DNA of 64,000 nt. It comes from a virus. Its lineage: Duplodnaviria; Caudoviricetes. Each line of letters starts with the position of its first letter. Position 1 is the stretch's first letter. This document shows positions 36,031 to 45,400 of this stretch, one piece after another. The notes under the pieces are model-generated. The model searched no databases and had not been told where the DNA came from. It worked only from the letters and a program-made list of their open reading frames with translations. Both the position numbers and the translations under genes were made by a program. The stretch spans positions 1 to 64,000 of the IMG/VR virus record IMGVR_UViG_3300006133_000004; one strand, written 5' to 3'.

Positions 36031-36795
36031 GTGAACAAGCAAACCTTTGTAAAGGCGCTTAAAAATGTTCCGAAAATTCTGAAAAAGCACAGTCCTGAGC
36101 TTTTGACAGGTATCGGCATCGCAGGGATGATCTTTACAACCATTACAGCCGTCAAAGCCACTCCCAAGGCCCTTCGCCTCGTAGACGAGCGAGAAATCAA
36201 GGAAGGAAAGCGACTGACTAATTCGGAGATCGTCAAGACAACTTGGAAGTGCTACGTTCCCGCAGCTGTGACTGGTGTGTGCTCCATTGGGTGTTTGATC
36301 GGTGCCAGCTCGGTCAACGCGAGGCGAAATGCGGCTTTAGCCACTGCCTACACCATCTCTGAGACAGCTTTCAAAGAGTACAAGGAGAAGGCGGTCGAGG
36401 TTGTTGGTGAAAAGAAGGAGCAAGCGATTCGTGATGCAGTCGCTAAGGACAAACTGGAGAAAGCCCAGGTGGCCAGCCGAGAGTTCATCATCACCGGCAA
36501 AGGAGAAACCCCCTGCTTCGACCCGCTCACCAACTCCTGTTTTAAGTCCGATATTGAGATTCTGCGGAAGGCAGAAAACATCCTGAATAAGCGGATGCGG
36601 GACGACATGGTCATAACCGTCAACGAGTTCTTACAGGAAATCGGCCTGGACTCCTGCGACGATGCCATTGGAGAGAACATGGGCTGGGATATCGACAAAG
36701 GCTACATTGACCTGGACTTCAGTTCGCAGTTGGTCGATGGCGTTCCCTACCTTGTCATCGGACATCACAATCCGCCCCGCTACATCGGACGATAG
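36031..36795 (+). CDS. DUF6353-like protein, paralogue 3
   Basis: GTG start, AAGGAG RBS; HSPELLTGIG...AVKATPKA. Confidence 0.8.
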   Translation: MNKQTFVKALKNVPKILKKHSPELLTGIGIAGMIFTTITAVKATPKALRLVDEREIKEGKRLTNSEIVKTTWKCYVPAAVTGVCSIGCLIGASSVNARRNAALATAYTISETAFKEYKEKAVEVVGEKKEQAIRDAVAKDKLEKAQVASREFIITGKGETPCFDPLTNSCFKSDIEILRKAENILNKRMRDDMVITVNEFLQEIGLDSCDDAIGENMGWDIDKGYIDLDFSSQLVDGVPYLVIGHHNPPRYIGR

Positions 36796-36866
36796 CGTCC
36801 GCAAAAATTGCAAACCGTATTATGGAGAGATCCACACTAAAATCTTTAATAAAGGAGTAATTCAAA

Positions 36867-37163
36867 ATGGAAGAGAACACTGTGAGAACCAACGAGATCG
36901 AGGAGTATGAGCAGCCTGAGATCGAGGTTGAGGAGGCTCTGGAAGAGAGCTCCGGCAGCGGCGCGTTTGTTGCGGGTATCGTCGGTGGTTTCTTGGCCTA
37001 TGCCGCAATCGGCGGGGTTAAGAAGCTGGTGGCGTTTGCCCAGACGAAGTTGGCCGATCGGAAGCAGAAGGAGCAGGCCAAGACCGTGATCGAGGCGGAC
37101 TACACGGAAGTCCCGGACGAGCAGCAGGAAAATTCCGATGAGGACGCTTCTGAGGAAAAGTAA
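36867..37163 (+). CDS. Acidic single-TM protein
   Basis: Motif 36800, AAGGAG RBS. Confidence 0.72.
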   Translation: MEENTVRTNEIEEYEQPEIEVEEALEESSGSGAFVAGIVGGFLAYAAIGGVKKLVAFAQTKLADRKQKEQAKTVIEADYTEVPDEQQENSDEDASEEK

Positions 37164-37243
37164 ACAGCGAGGATCGCCGGCGGGGAGAGTACCTACAACA
37201 GGTGCTTTCCCCTTTTTTCATTAAGTAACAAGGAGGAACCACT

Positions 37244-37861
37244 ATGGCAGAAGCCCCCTACCCCAACAATTCCCATACTGCACGGGAGCGCAAACCGGAA
37301 GGTCCCAACCCGCCCGAGAAAAAGCTGGAGAAGGTAGTAAGCGGAGGGGCCAAGACCCGAAAGAAGAGTGAGGTCAAGAAATTCGCCAATATCTTCGTTC
37401 CGGAGGATGTTGAGAACGTCAAAAGCTACATCTTGGTCGACGTTATCGTACCGGGCATCAAGAACGCAATCGCCGACGCGGTAAGCATCATGCTTTTCGG
37501 CGAAGCTGGTCGTCTCGGTGGCCGGAACGGTAAAGCTTCCCGGGCCTCTTATCAGAGATACTACGATGATCGGCGCGATGATCGTCGAGACTACGGACGG
37601 CCGAGAGCTGCCGCCGGATTCGAGTATGACGACATTGTCTTTGAGACCCGCGGCGATGCGGACTTGGTTTTAGACCAGTTGGAGTCAGCCATCAATACCT
37701 ATGGCATCGCTTCTGTTGCCGACCTGTATGACTTGGCCGGTATCACCTGCCGTAGCTACACGGCAAACAAATACGGCTGGACTGATATTCGGTCTGCCAA
37801 GGTAGTCCGTATTCGGGACGGATACATCTTGCAGCTTCCGAGAACGGTTCAAATCAACTAA
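37244..37861 (+). CDS. Conserved-type phage hypothetical protein
   Basis: AAGGAGG RBS; SVADLYDLAG...YGWTD pattern. Confidence 0.75.
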   Translation: MAEAPYPNNSHTARERKPEGPNPPEKKLEKVVSGGAKTRKKSEVKKFANIFVPEDVENVKSYILVDVIVPGIKNAIADAVSIMLFGEAGRLGGRNGKASRASYQRYYDDRRDDRRDYGRPRAAAGFEYDDIVFETRGDADLVLDQLESAINTYGIASVADLYDLAGITCRSYTANKYGWTDIRSAKVVRIRDGYILQLPRTVQIN

Positions 37862-37874
37862 GGAGGATTCGACT

Positions 37875-37982
37875 ATGTGCGGGTATCCCGTTTCGTCTGG
37901 CTATAGAGGCTTGGTCAATGGCGAGTGGATGTTGTTCCCGACTGAAGCCGAGTACCACGAGTACATGGAGGAAGAGTCATGA
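37875..37982 (+). CDS. Small protein (35 aa)
   Basis: AGGAGG RBS; MCGYPVSSGYRGLVNGEWMLFPTEAEYHEYMEEES; ATGA overlap with next gene. Confidence 0.6.
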   Translation: MCGYPVSSGYRGLVNGEWMLFPTEAEYHEYMEEES

Positions 37983-38503
37983 AACTAAACTCTGATACGC
38001 TGCTCAGCTTCGGCGTATTTGGTCTTGGCCTTGTTGCCATTGGGTATACGATTGGTGTCCATTCTCGTATGAAGGCTGTGGCCGACAAACTGGACACCAG
38101 CATTGACAAAATTGCCAATGACACCGAGGTCGAAATTCCGTCTAAGCTCATTGAGCAGGCAGTCCAGAAAGCAGTCGACCGTGAGTCCTATACTGCTGTC
38201 CGGCGGGCTACGGATGTCGTGGTGGATGGTCTGAAGAAGGAAATCGGCGACCAGGTATCTACGGCTGTGAAAGCCAGCTATGACAGCATCGCGGATGGCG
38301 TGACCAGTGAGATTGCGAAAAATGTCGCTAAAATCGACGAAGCTCGTCTCAAGAAAGAGGTTGTCGCCAAAGCAAAGGAGCAGATTGCCGAGAAATTCGA
38401 CGATAAGCTCGATGATATTTTGGATGAATTCAATGGTAATCTCCAAAATGTTGGTAAAATCTACAAATCTATTGCCAAATCATTCTCTAAGGAGGAAATT
38501 TAA
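37979..38503 (+). CDS. Membrane-anchored coiled-coil protein
   Basis: N-terminal TM helix followed by a helical body. Confidence 0.72.
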   Translation: MKLNSDTLLSFGVFGLGLVAIGYTIGVHSRMKAVADKLDTSIDKIANDTEVEIPSKLIEQAVQKAVDRESYTAVRRATDVVVDGLKKEIGDQVSTAVKASYDSIADGVTSEIAKNVAKIDEARLKKEVVAKAKEQIAEKFDDKLDDILDEFNGNLQNVGKIYKSIAKSFSKEEI

Positions 38504-38505
38504 CC

Positions 38506-39468
38506 ATGATGAAAAACGAAATCATGAAGTCTGTGGGCCTGACCTTCAACAAGATCGGCTTCCAGATTCAGAAGAAGAGCCCCGAGCTCCTGGTCGCTGC
38601 CGGTATCGCCGGCGTCGTTGTCAGCGCGGTTATGGCCTGTAAGGCCACTATCAAGGCCAGCGAGGTCGCCGAGGAGACCAAAGAGACCATTGACGAGATC
38701 CACGAGGCCGAGGCCAACGGCATCACCAAGGCCGGCAAGGACTACTCCGCCGAGGACACCAAGAAGGATCTTACCACCGCCTACATCCAGACCGGCGTAA
38801 AGTACGCCAAGCTTTACGCTCCCGCTGTCATTTTGGGCGCTGCTTCCATCACATGTATTGTTGCCAGCCACCGTGTTCTGAAGAAGCGCAATATCGCCCT
38901 TGCGGCGGCCTATACGACCTTGGATAAGTCCTTCAAGGACTACCGCGGCCGGGTCATGGAGCGTTTCGGCGAGCAGGTCGAAAAAGAGATCCGCTACAAC
39001 ATCAAAGCCAAGGAGATCAAGAAGACCGTTGTCGACGAGAACGGCAAGAAGGAGAAAGTCAAAGAGGTGGTCGACGTACCTGCCGTTGAAGGATGGGACC
39101 CCTCTCAGTACAGCCCCTACGCCAGGCGCTTTGATGAGGCCCATCCGCAGTGGACGAAGAACCCTGAAATGAACCTCTACTACCTGAAGGCCCGGCAAGC
39201 GCAGGCTACCGATATGCTCAAGGCCCGTGGTCACCTGTTCCTCAATGAGGTATATGACATGTTGGGCTTCCCCCGCACCAAGGCCGGCGCAGTTGTGGGA
39301 TGGCTGTTTGACCCCAAGCATCCTGAGCTGGGCGACCCCTATGTGGATTTCGGTATGTATGAGATTCACGAGGGCGACAGTTTCGAGGACTACCTGAAGT
39401 CCTATATTCTTGATTTCAACGTTGTTGGCGACATTACGGACGATATCGCCGACCATCAGCATATTTGA
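38506..39468 (+). CDS. DUF6353-like protein, paralogue 4
   Basis: KSPELLVAAG...ACKATIKA...LNEVYDMLGFPRT. Confidence 0.82.
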   Translation: MMKNEIMKSVGLTFNKIGFQIQKKSPELLVAAGIAGVVVSAVMACKATIKASEVAEETKETIDEIHEAEANGITKAGKDYSAEDTKKDLTTAYIQTGVKYAKLYAPAVILGAASITCIVASHRVLKKRNIALAAAYTTLDKSFKDYRGRVMERFGEQVEKEIRYNIKAKEIKKTVVDENGKKEKVKEVVDVPAVEGWDPSQYSPYARRFDEAHPQWTKNPEMNLYYLKARQAQATDMLKARGHLFLNEVYDMLGFPRTKAGAVVGWLFDPKHPELGDPYVDFGMYEIHEGDSFEDYLKSYILDFNVVGDITDDIADHQHI

Positions 39469-39479
39469 GGTGTGGGCCA

Positions 39480-40126
39480 ATGAAGAAATTTGTACTTCTC
39501 CTACTGATCGCCGCAATGGTGATTGTTGGGGATTCCTATGCGGCTGGGCCAGTAATCGTATCCAAAAATGACAGAGCCGTTGTTCAGCTGAAGAACGCGG
39601 CTCTTCTTTCGTCTTTTGTGAAATGCACCCCCCCGGCGAGGAAATCAAGACCATCGTTGAATTGGCACAACCCCCTGCCGAGAACGAACCGAAGGCAAAG
39701 CCGGTAGTTGAGCAAAGTCACTATTGCGACAGCATCCCGCTTACCTTTGAGGAACAGGGTTGGCTTCGAGCGGCCTGCGAAGAGTTCAACATTCCTTATG
39801 CCCTGGCGCTGGGTCTCATTGAGAAAGAGACCGAATTCCGAAATCTCATCGGGGATGACGGTGCTTCTACCGGCTATATGCAGATTCAGAAAAAGTGGCA
39901 TTGGGACAGAATGGAACGTCTCGGTGTTACAGATCTGGTGGAGCCGAGCGGTAACTTCAGAGTAGGATGCGACTTTCTGGCCGAGCTCTATGCAAAGTAC
40001 AACGACTGGAGTCTGGCTCTAACCGTCTACAACCGTGGGCATAATCCTGGCTACATCACTGATTATGCCAAAGAGGTCATGGGAAACTATGCTCATTGGC
40101 AAGAGATCGTCGAAAATTATATTTAG
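39480..40126 (+). pseudogene. Signal-anchored lytic transglycosylase (SLT-like), frameshifted at C7 tract 39628-39634
   Basis: First frame has the hydrophobic leader MKKFVLLLLIAAMV; second frame has EKETEF, GYMQI and VYNRG SLT motifs; one extra C joins them. Confidence 0.7.
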
Positions 40127-40142
40127 AAAGGATGGTATCACC

Positions 40143-40241
40143 ATGAAAAAGTGCTTTAACAGCTTGCTTTCGTATACCCTGTCCGTCGTCTCCGGCTTGT
40201 TCCTCGTTAGCGGCATCGCCGTTCTGTCGGCTGGGAGGTAA
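40143..40241 (+). CDS. Small membrane peptide (32 aa)
   Basis: AAAGGA RBS, hydrophobic, TAATG coupling with next gene. Confidence 0.55.
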   Translation: MKKCFNSLLSYTLSVVSGLFLVSGIAVLSAGR

Positions 40242-40396
40242 TGGACATGGAGGGATTTGCGAACCTTGTGTCCATGATGGACTATGTGGTTGACACAAAA
40301 CGGAAGCGTCATATCACCGGCGGGCTCCTGATTAGCATGGCTATGCTTTTTGGGGGCCTTGCCATCACGGTGATGAGCGCTAAAGAGGAGGACTAA
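40241..40396 (+). CDS. Small membrane protein (51 aa)
   Basis: Coupled start; KRKRHITGGLLISMAMLFGGLAITVM. Confidence 0.6.
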   Translation: MDMEGFANLVSMMDYVVDTKRKRHITGGLLISMAMLFGGLAITVMSAKEED

Positions 40397-40399
40397 ATT

Positions 40400-41038
40400 A
40401 TGGGTAAACTCAATACCGTAATTGCCTTCTTCACAGGAGCTGCTGTTGGCGGTGCGGCCGTTTGGTACATAACCAAAGAGCGGTATGCTCAGCTTGCCGA
40501 AGAGGAGATCAACTCCGTGAAAGAGGCTTACTCCCATAGGGGAGAGAAAAAAGAGAAAGCCGATGCGGCCCTGCGGCGGTATCAGGGAGAGGGCGAAGAG
40601 GAGCCCAAGACTCCTGTTGTGACTACTAAAGTCACTGAAAAAGAGAGCATCTCCGAATACGCCAAGAGGGTTCAAAATGGGGCTCCGATGGAGTATTCCA
40701 AAACAGTCGTACCACCCAAGGCTATGGAGCCGGAGAAACCCGCTCCCCCCGTCACCTCGGGTGATGTCCCCTATGTTATTTCACCTGAGGAGTTTGACGA
40801 ACTTGAAGGCTACACTCCGATCAGCCTGACTTACTTCGCCGATGGCGTATTGGCAGATGAGAACGGTGTTATTGTCGATGATGTGGAAGAGATTATTGGC
40901 GATGCACTGGAACATTTCGGCGAGTACGAGGAAGACGCAGTCTTCGCTCGAAACGACGCAAAACGATGCGACTATGAAATTCTGAAAGACGAACGCACAT
41001 ATGCGGAGTTTCGGAAAACTCTTCCGACCAACATCTAA
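40400..41038 (+). CDS. Membrane-anchored acidic protein
   Basis: N-terminal TM helix; PYVISPEEF...LTYFADGVLADE C-terminal domain. Confidence 0.75.
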   Translation: MGKLNTVIAFFTGAAVGGAAVWYITKERYAQLAEEEINSVKEAYSHRGEKKEKADAALRRYQGEGEEEPKTPVVTTKVTEKESISEYAKRVQNGAPMEYSKTVVPPKAMEPEKPAPPVTSGDVPYVISPEEFDELEGYTPISLTYFADGVLADENGVIVDDVEEIIGDALEHFGEYEEDAVFARNDAKRCDYEILKDERTYAEFRKTLPTNI

Positions 41039-41056
41039 AAGAAGGAGGTTCAACCT

Positions 41057-41611
41057 TTGACCAGAAACGAGCTTATCGATCAATATTTTGATTGGATGTA
41101 TCAGCTCGTGGTCGACAACCGATATTCTAAGTCCTATCGTAAGCTGTTTGCCAGGCTGCACGATACGGAATTCACATACACGATTCCGATGGACGGCAAC
41201 CGGGCCGAAGACGGCATCGACCTTAGATATCGGTTCGGTCGCGAGTATTCCTATCCGGACGCTATGATTGCGTCATATTTGGATGACCGTCCGTGCAGCA
41301 TTCTGGAGATGATGACGGCCCTTGCGATTCGTTGCGAAGAGCACATCATGGATGACCCCGACATTGGCAACCGTACCGGACAATGGTTCTGGAGTATGTT
41401 GGTCAATCTTGGACTCGGTTCCATGTATGATGCTAAGTTTGACAGATACCGTGTTGACAGGATTCTTGAACGACTCCTGGATCGCGAGTACGGACGTAAT
41501 GGCAAGGGTGGTCTCTTTACCGTCAACAACGGCCGAGATATGCGGACAACGGAAATCTGGTATCAGATGAACTATTACCTCAGTGAGGTTATTAGAGAAG
41601 GGAACACTTAA
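41057..41611 (+). CDS. Conserved-type phage hypothetical protein
   Basis: TTG start, AGGAGG RBS; GNRAEDGIDLRY...CSILEMM. Confidence 0.75.
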   Translation: MTRNELIDQYFDWMYQLVVDNRYSKSYRKLFARLHDTEFTYTIPMDGNRAEDGIDLRYRFGREYSYPDAMIASYLDDRPCSILEMMTALAIRCEEHIMDDPDIGNRTGQWFWSMLVNLGLGSMYDAKFDRYRVDRILERLLDREYGRNGKGGLFTVNNGRDMRTTEIWYQMNYYLSEVIREGNT

Positions 41612-41612
41612 C

Positions 41613-42182
41613 ATGAAGAAAATTCCTACACTCTTTGAGCGTGTGTATGAAAACCACAAAATCGTCGGAATAACCGAAGTGGTAACACCGGGTTTCGAGT
41701 GGGTGCTTGCCGGCGGTGGTATCAGCACTATCAAATATGATGGTAGCTGTTGTGCTATCATCAACGGCGAACTCTACAAGCGTTATGATGCCAAGAAAGG
41801 CAAAAAACCTCCAGTTGGAGCGATTCCTTGTTGTGCCCCGGATTCCGTGACGGGTCACTGGCCCCATTGGGTAAAGTGCGATCGGAACAATCCGTCTGAC
41901 AAATGGTTCTGGGCGGCGTATGATGCGTCTCCCTTGGCCAGAATGGATGGAACCTATGAGGCCATAGGTGTTCACTTCCAAGGAAATCCTTATCAGCAGC
42001 AGGTCGACTTACTCTATCCTCATGGCGTGGATATCTGCGAGGTGGACCGGAGCTTTGAGGGTATCCGGGCTTATCTGGAAAGTCACAACATCGAAGGAAT
42101 TGTGTTTTGGCTTGATAATGAGCCTCAGTGTAAAATTAAAAGAAGCGATTTTGGCTTTAGTTGGCCGGCGAAAGGAGACTAA
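41613..42182 (+). CDS. RNA-ligase-like nucleotidyltransferase (DUF5565-like)
   Basis: KYDG motif I, TYEA, IEGIVFW and CKIKRSDFG motifs. Confidence 0.65.
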   Translation: MKKIPTLFERVYENHKIVGITEVVTPGFEWVLAGGGISTIKYDGSCCAIINGELYKRYDAKKGKKPPVGAIPCCAPDSVTGHWPHWVKCDRNNPSDKWFWAAYDASPLARMDGTYEAIGVHFQGNPYQQQVDLLYPHGVDICEVDRSFEGIRAYLESHNIEGIVFWLDNEPQCKIKRSDFGFSWPAKGD

Positions 42183-42189
42183 GCTTAAC

Positions 42190-42438
42190 ATGGCAAAGAA
42201 GAAAAATATCGTCCCCATCAACTCTATGCGGGACCTGGTTGACTTGGTCAATCACAACTCCCAGGTTCTCGATCGGCGGACCAAAAAGCTGGTTAAGAGC
42301 GCCCGGAATATGAAGATTCTGTACTTCATCGCGGTAGGCTATGCCATTTACACCGCCATCGAATGCCGGAAACAGGAAGAGCAGCTCTATCAGCTTTCCA
42401 TCAAGGTGAAGAAGCTGGAGCACAACGAAGGGGAGTAA
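42190..42438 (+). CDS. Small membrane-associated protein
   Basis: AAGGAG RBS, short hydrophobic segment. Confidence 0.6.
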   Translation: MAKKKNIVPINSMRDLVDLVNHNSQVLDRRTKKLVKSARNMKILYFIAVGYAIYTAIECRKQEEQLYQLSIKVKKLEHNEGE

Positions 42439-42446
42439 GCGATCCA

Positions 42447-45400
42447 ATGTTAGACTTCTTGATGATATCCACGCGCCCAGGTAAGCGCGGCATCATCGAG
42501 ATCTACCCAAGGTTTATCATCAAAAAAAGCAGCGACCTCATGATAAGAGGCGGAGACTTCTACGCTGTTTGGGTCGATGACCGTGGGTTATGGTCGACCG
42601 ATGAACAAGATGCGGTTGACTTGATCGACCGCGAATTAGACCAATATGCTGAGGAGAACCGCCAGCGCTTTGACAACAACATTCGTGTCCTCCATATGTG
42701 GGATGCTGAGACTGGCATGATCGATTCATGGCATAAATACTGTCAGAAACAGATGAAAGACCAGTTTCATATGCTCGATGAAGAACTGATATTTGCCAAC
42801 ACCAAGACCGGAAAGCGAGATTATGCCAGTAAGTCTTTGAGTTATCCTCTGGAACCTGGAGAGACACCGGCATGGGAGAAACTCATTAGCACTTTATATT
42901 CTCCAGAGGAGCGGCACAAGATCGAATGGTGTATTGGTTCTATCGTAACCGGCGCTTCCAAGAGGCTGCAAAAGTTCATGGTGTTCTACGGAGCCGTTGG
43001 TACCGGTAAAAGTACCATCATCAATGTCATCCAGCAACTCTTCGATGGGTACTACACCAGCTTCAATGCCAAAGATCTTGGCTCCTCCAGCAATGCTTTC
43101 GCATTGGAGGCGTTTCGTTCAAACCCGCTGGTGGCGATTCAGCACGACGGGGACCTCTCACGCATTGAGGACAATACCCGCATCAATAGTTTGGTGTCTC
43201 ACGAGCTGATGACCGTCAATGAGAAGTTTCGGTCCGCCTACTCAAACCGATTCAAGGCGTTCCTTATCATGGGTACAAACAAGCCCGTAAAGATTACGGA
43301 CGCCAAGTCAGGCATCATCCGCAGACTGATTGACGTGTCCCCTACGGGGGATAAGGTTCCGCCAGGAGAGTATCGCACGCTCACCAAGCAAATTCCTTTT
43401 GAGCTCGGCGGCATCGCCTATCACTGTCAGGAAGTATATTTGGAAGACCCTGATTATTACGATGACTACATCCCTATCTCGATGCTCGGAGCCTCTAACG
43501 ACTTCTACAACTTCGTTGTGGACTCCTACCATGTGTTCAAACGGGAAGATGGTGTTTCTCTGAAATCCGCTTGGGAAATGTATAAAACCTATTGCGACGA
43601 TGCGAAGGTTCTGTATCCCTTGTCTCGAATGATATTTAAGGAGGAGTTGCGAAACTACTTCCGAGAATACGAGGAGCGATTCAACATGGAGGATGGAACT
43701 CGTGTGCGGAGCTACTATCACGGGTTTCGGACAGAAAAGTTTGAGGAACCTGCTTCAGACGAAAAGGAGGGAGCTGCAAGTGCGCGAAACACTGATTGTC
43801 AACCAACTATTGAGTTCGCGGAAGGTGTTTCCTCCGTCTTTGATGCTTGTTGTATGGACTGCCCTGCTCAATACGCAGGAGAAGAGGGAACACCGCAGCG
43901 AAAATGGGAGCGTGTGCGCACAAAACTCTCGCAGCTTGATACCTCGAAGCTCCACTATGTAAAGCTGCCGGAGAATCACATCGTCATCGACTTTGATATT
44001 CCGGACGAACAAGGCAATAAGTCCTTTGAACGGAATTTGGCCGAGGCGAGCAAGTGGCCGGCGACTTATGCAGAGGTGAGCAAAAGCGGCTGTGGCATCC
44101 ACCTGCACTACATCTATTCCGGAGATGCAACAAGGCTTAGCCGGATTTATGACGACCATATCGAGATAAAGGTCTTCACCGGTAATAGCTCGCTGCGCCG
44201 GAAGCTTTCCAAATGCAACAACCTGCCTATCGCTACGATAAGCTCTGGATTACCGTTGAAAGGAGAAAACAACGTGGTAAATGCCAAAGTGGTTCAAAGC
44301 GAGAAAGGGCTTAGACTCCAGATCAAGCGCAATCTCAACAAAGAGATCCATCCAGCTACTAAGCCCAGTATCGACTTTATCTACAAAATCCTGACGGATG
44401 CGTATGAAAGCGGCATGACCTACGATGTCACTGATATGCGCAATGCTGTCCTGGCTTTCGCGGCCAACAGCAGCAATCAGGCGGAATACTGCATCAAGCT
44501 GGTGAACAAGATGCCGTTTAAGTCCGCCGAAGATGGCCCTGCGGTGAAGAACGACGAGGCAAAGCTTGTCTTCTATGATGTGGAGGTGTTCCCGAACCTA
44601 TTCTTGGTGAACTGGAAAATTGAGGGCCCCACACAACCCGTCGTGAGAATGATTAACCCGAAGCCCCAAGAAATTGAGGAGTTGATGAAGTTCCGCCTTG
44701 TCGGGTTCAACTGCCGCCGGTATGATAACCATATCCTCTATGCTCGCCTGATGGGTTACACGGAGGAGCAGCTCTACAATCTGTCCCAGAAGATCATCAG
44801 CAGCGAGAAGAAAGCCAAGAGCAACAACTGCTTCTTCGGTGAGGCCTATAACGTATCTTATACGGACGTTTATGACTTCTGCTCCAAGAAACAGAGCCTG
44901 AAGAAGTGGGAAATTGAGCTCGGCATTCACCATCAGGAGCTGGGCCTTCCCTGGGATCAACCGGTTCCCGAGCATCTGTGGCAGAAGGTTGCAGAATATT
45001 GCGACAACGATGTCATTGCAACTGAGGCGGTGTTCAATGCTCGTAAGGCCGACTTTGTGGCTCGTGAGATCCTGGCAGACGTAGCCGGCATGACAGTTAA
45101 TGACACCACCAACACCTTGACTACCAAAATTATATTTGGCGGCAACAAGAAACCTCAGGATCAGTTCAACTACCGTGACATGGGCGATACGAACCAGATT
45201 TATGATCCAGACCGAGACCTGCCTTTCGAGATGGGCCCGAAAGAGTTCGACGAGTTCACGGCTTTCGACAAGAAGGGCCGTCCTATCTTCCCGGGCTACA
45301 AGTTCGAGAATGGTAAGTCCATTTATCGCGGTGAGGAAGTTGGCGAAGGCGGATACGTCTATGCCGAGCCTGGTATGTATGGCAACATTGCTCTGCTGGA

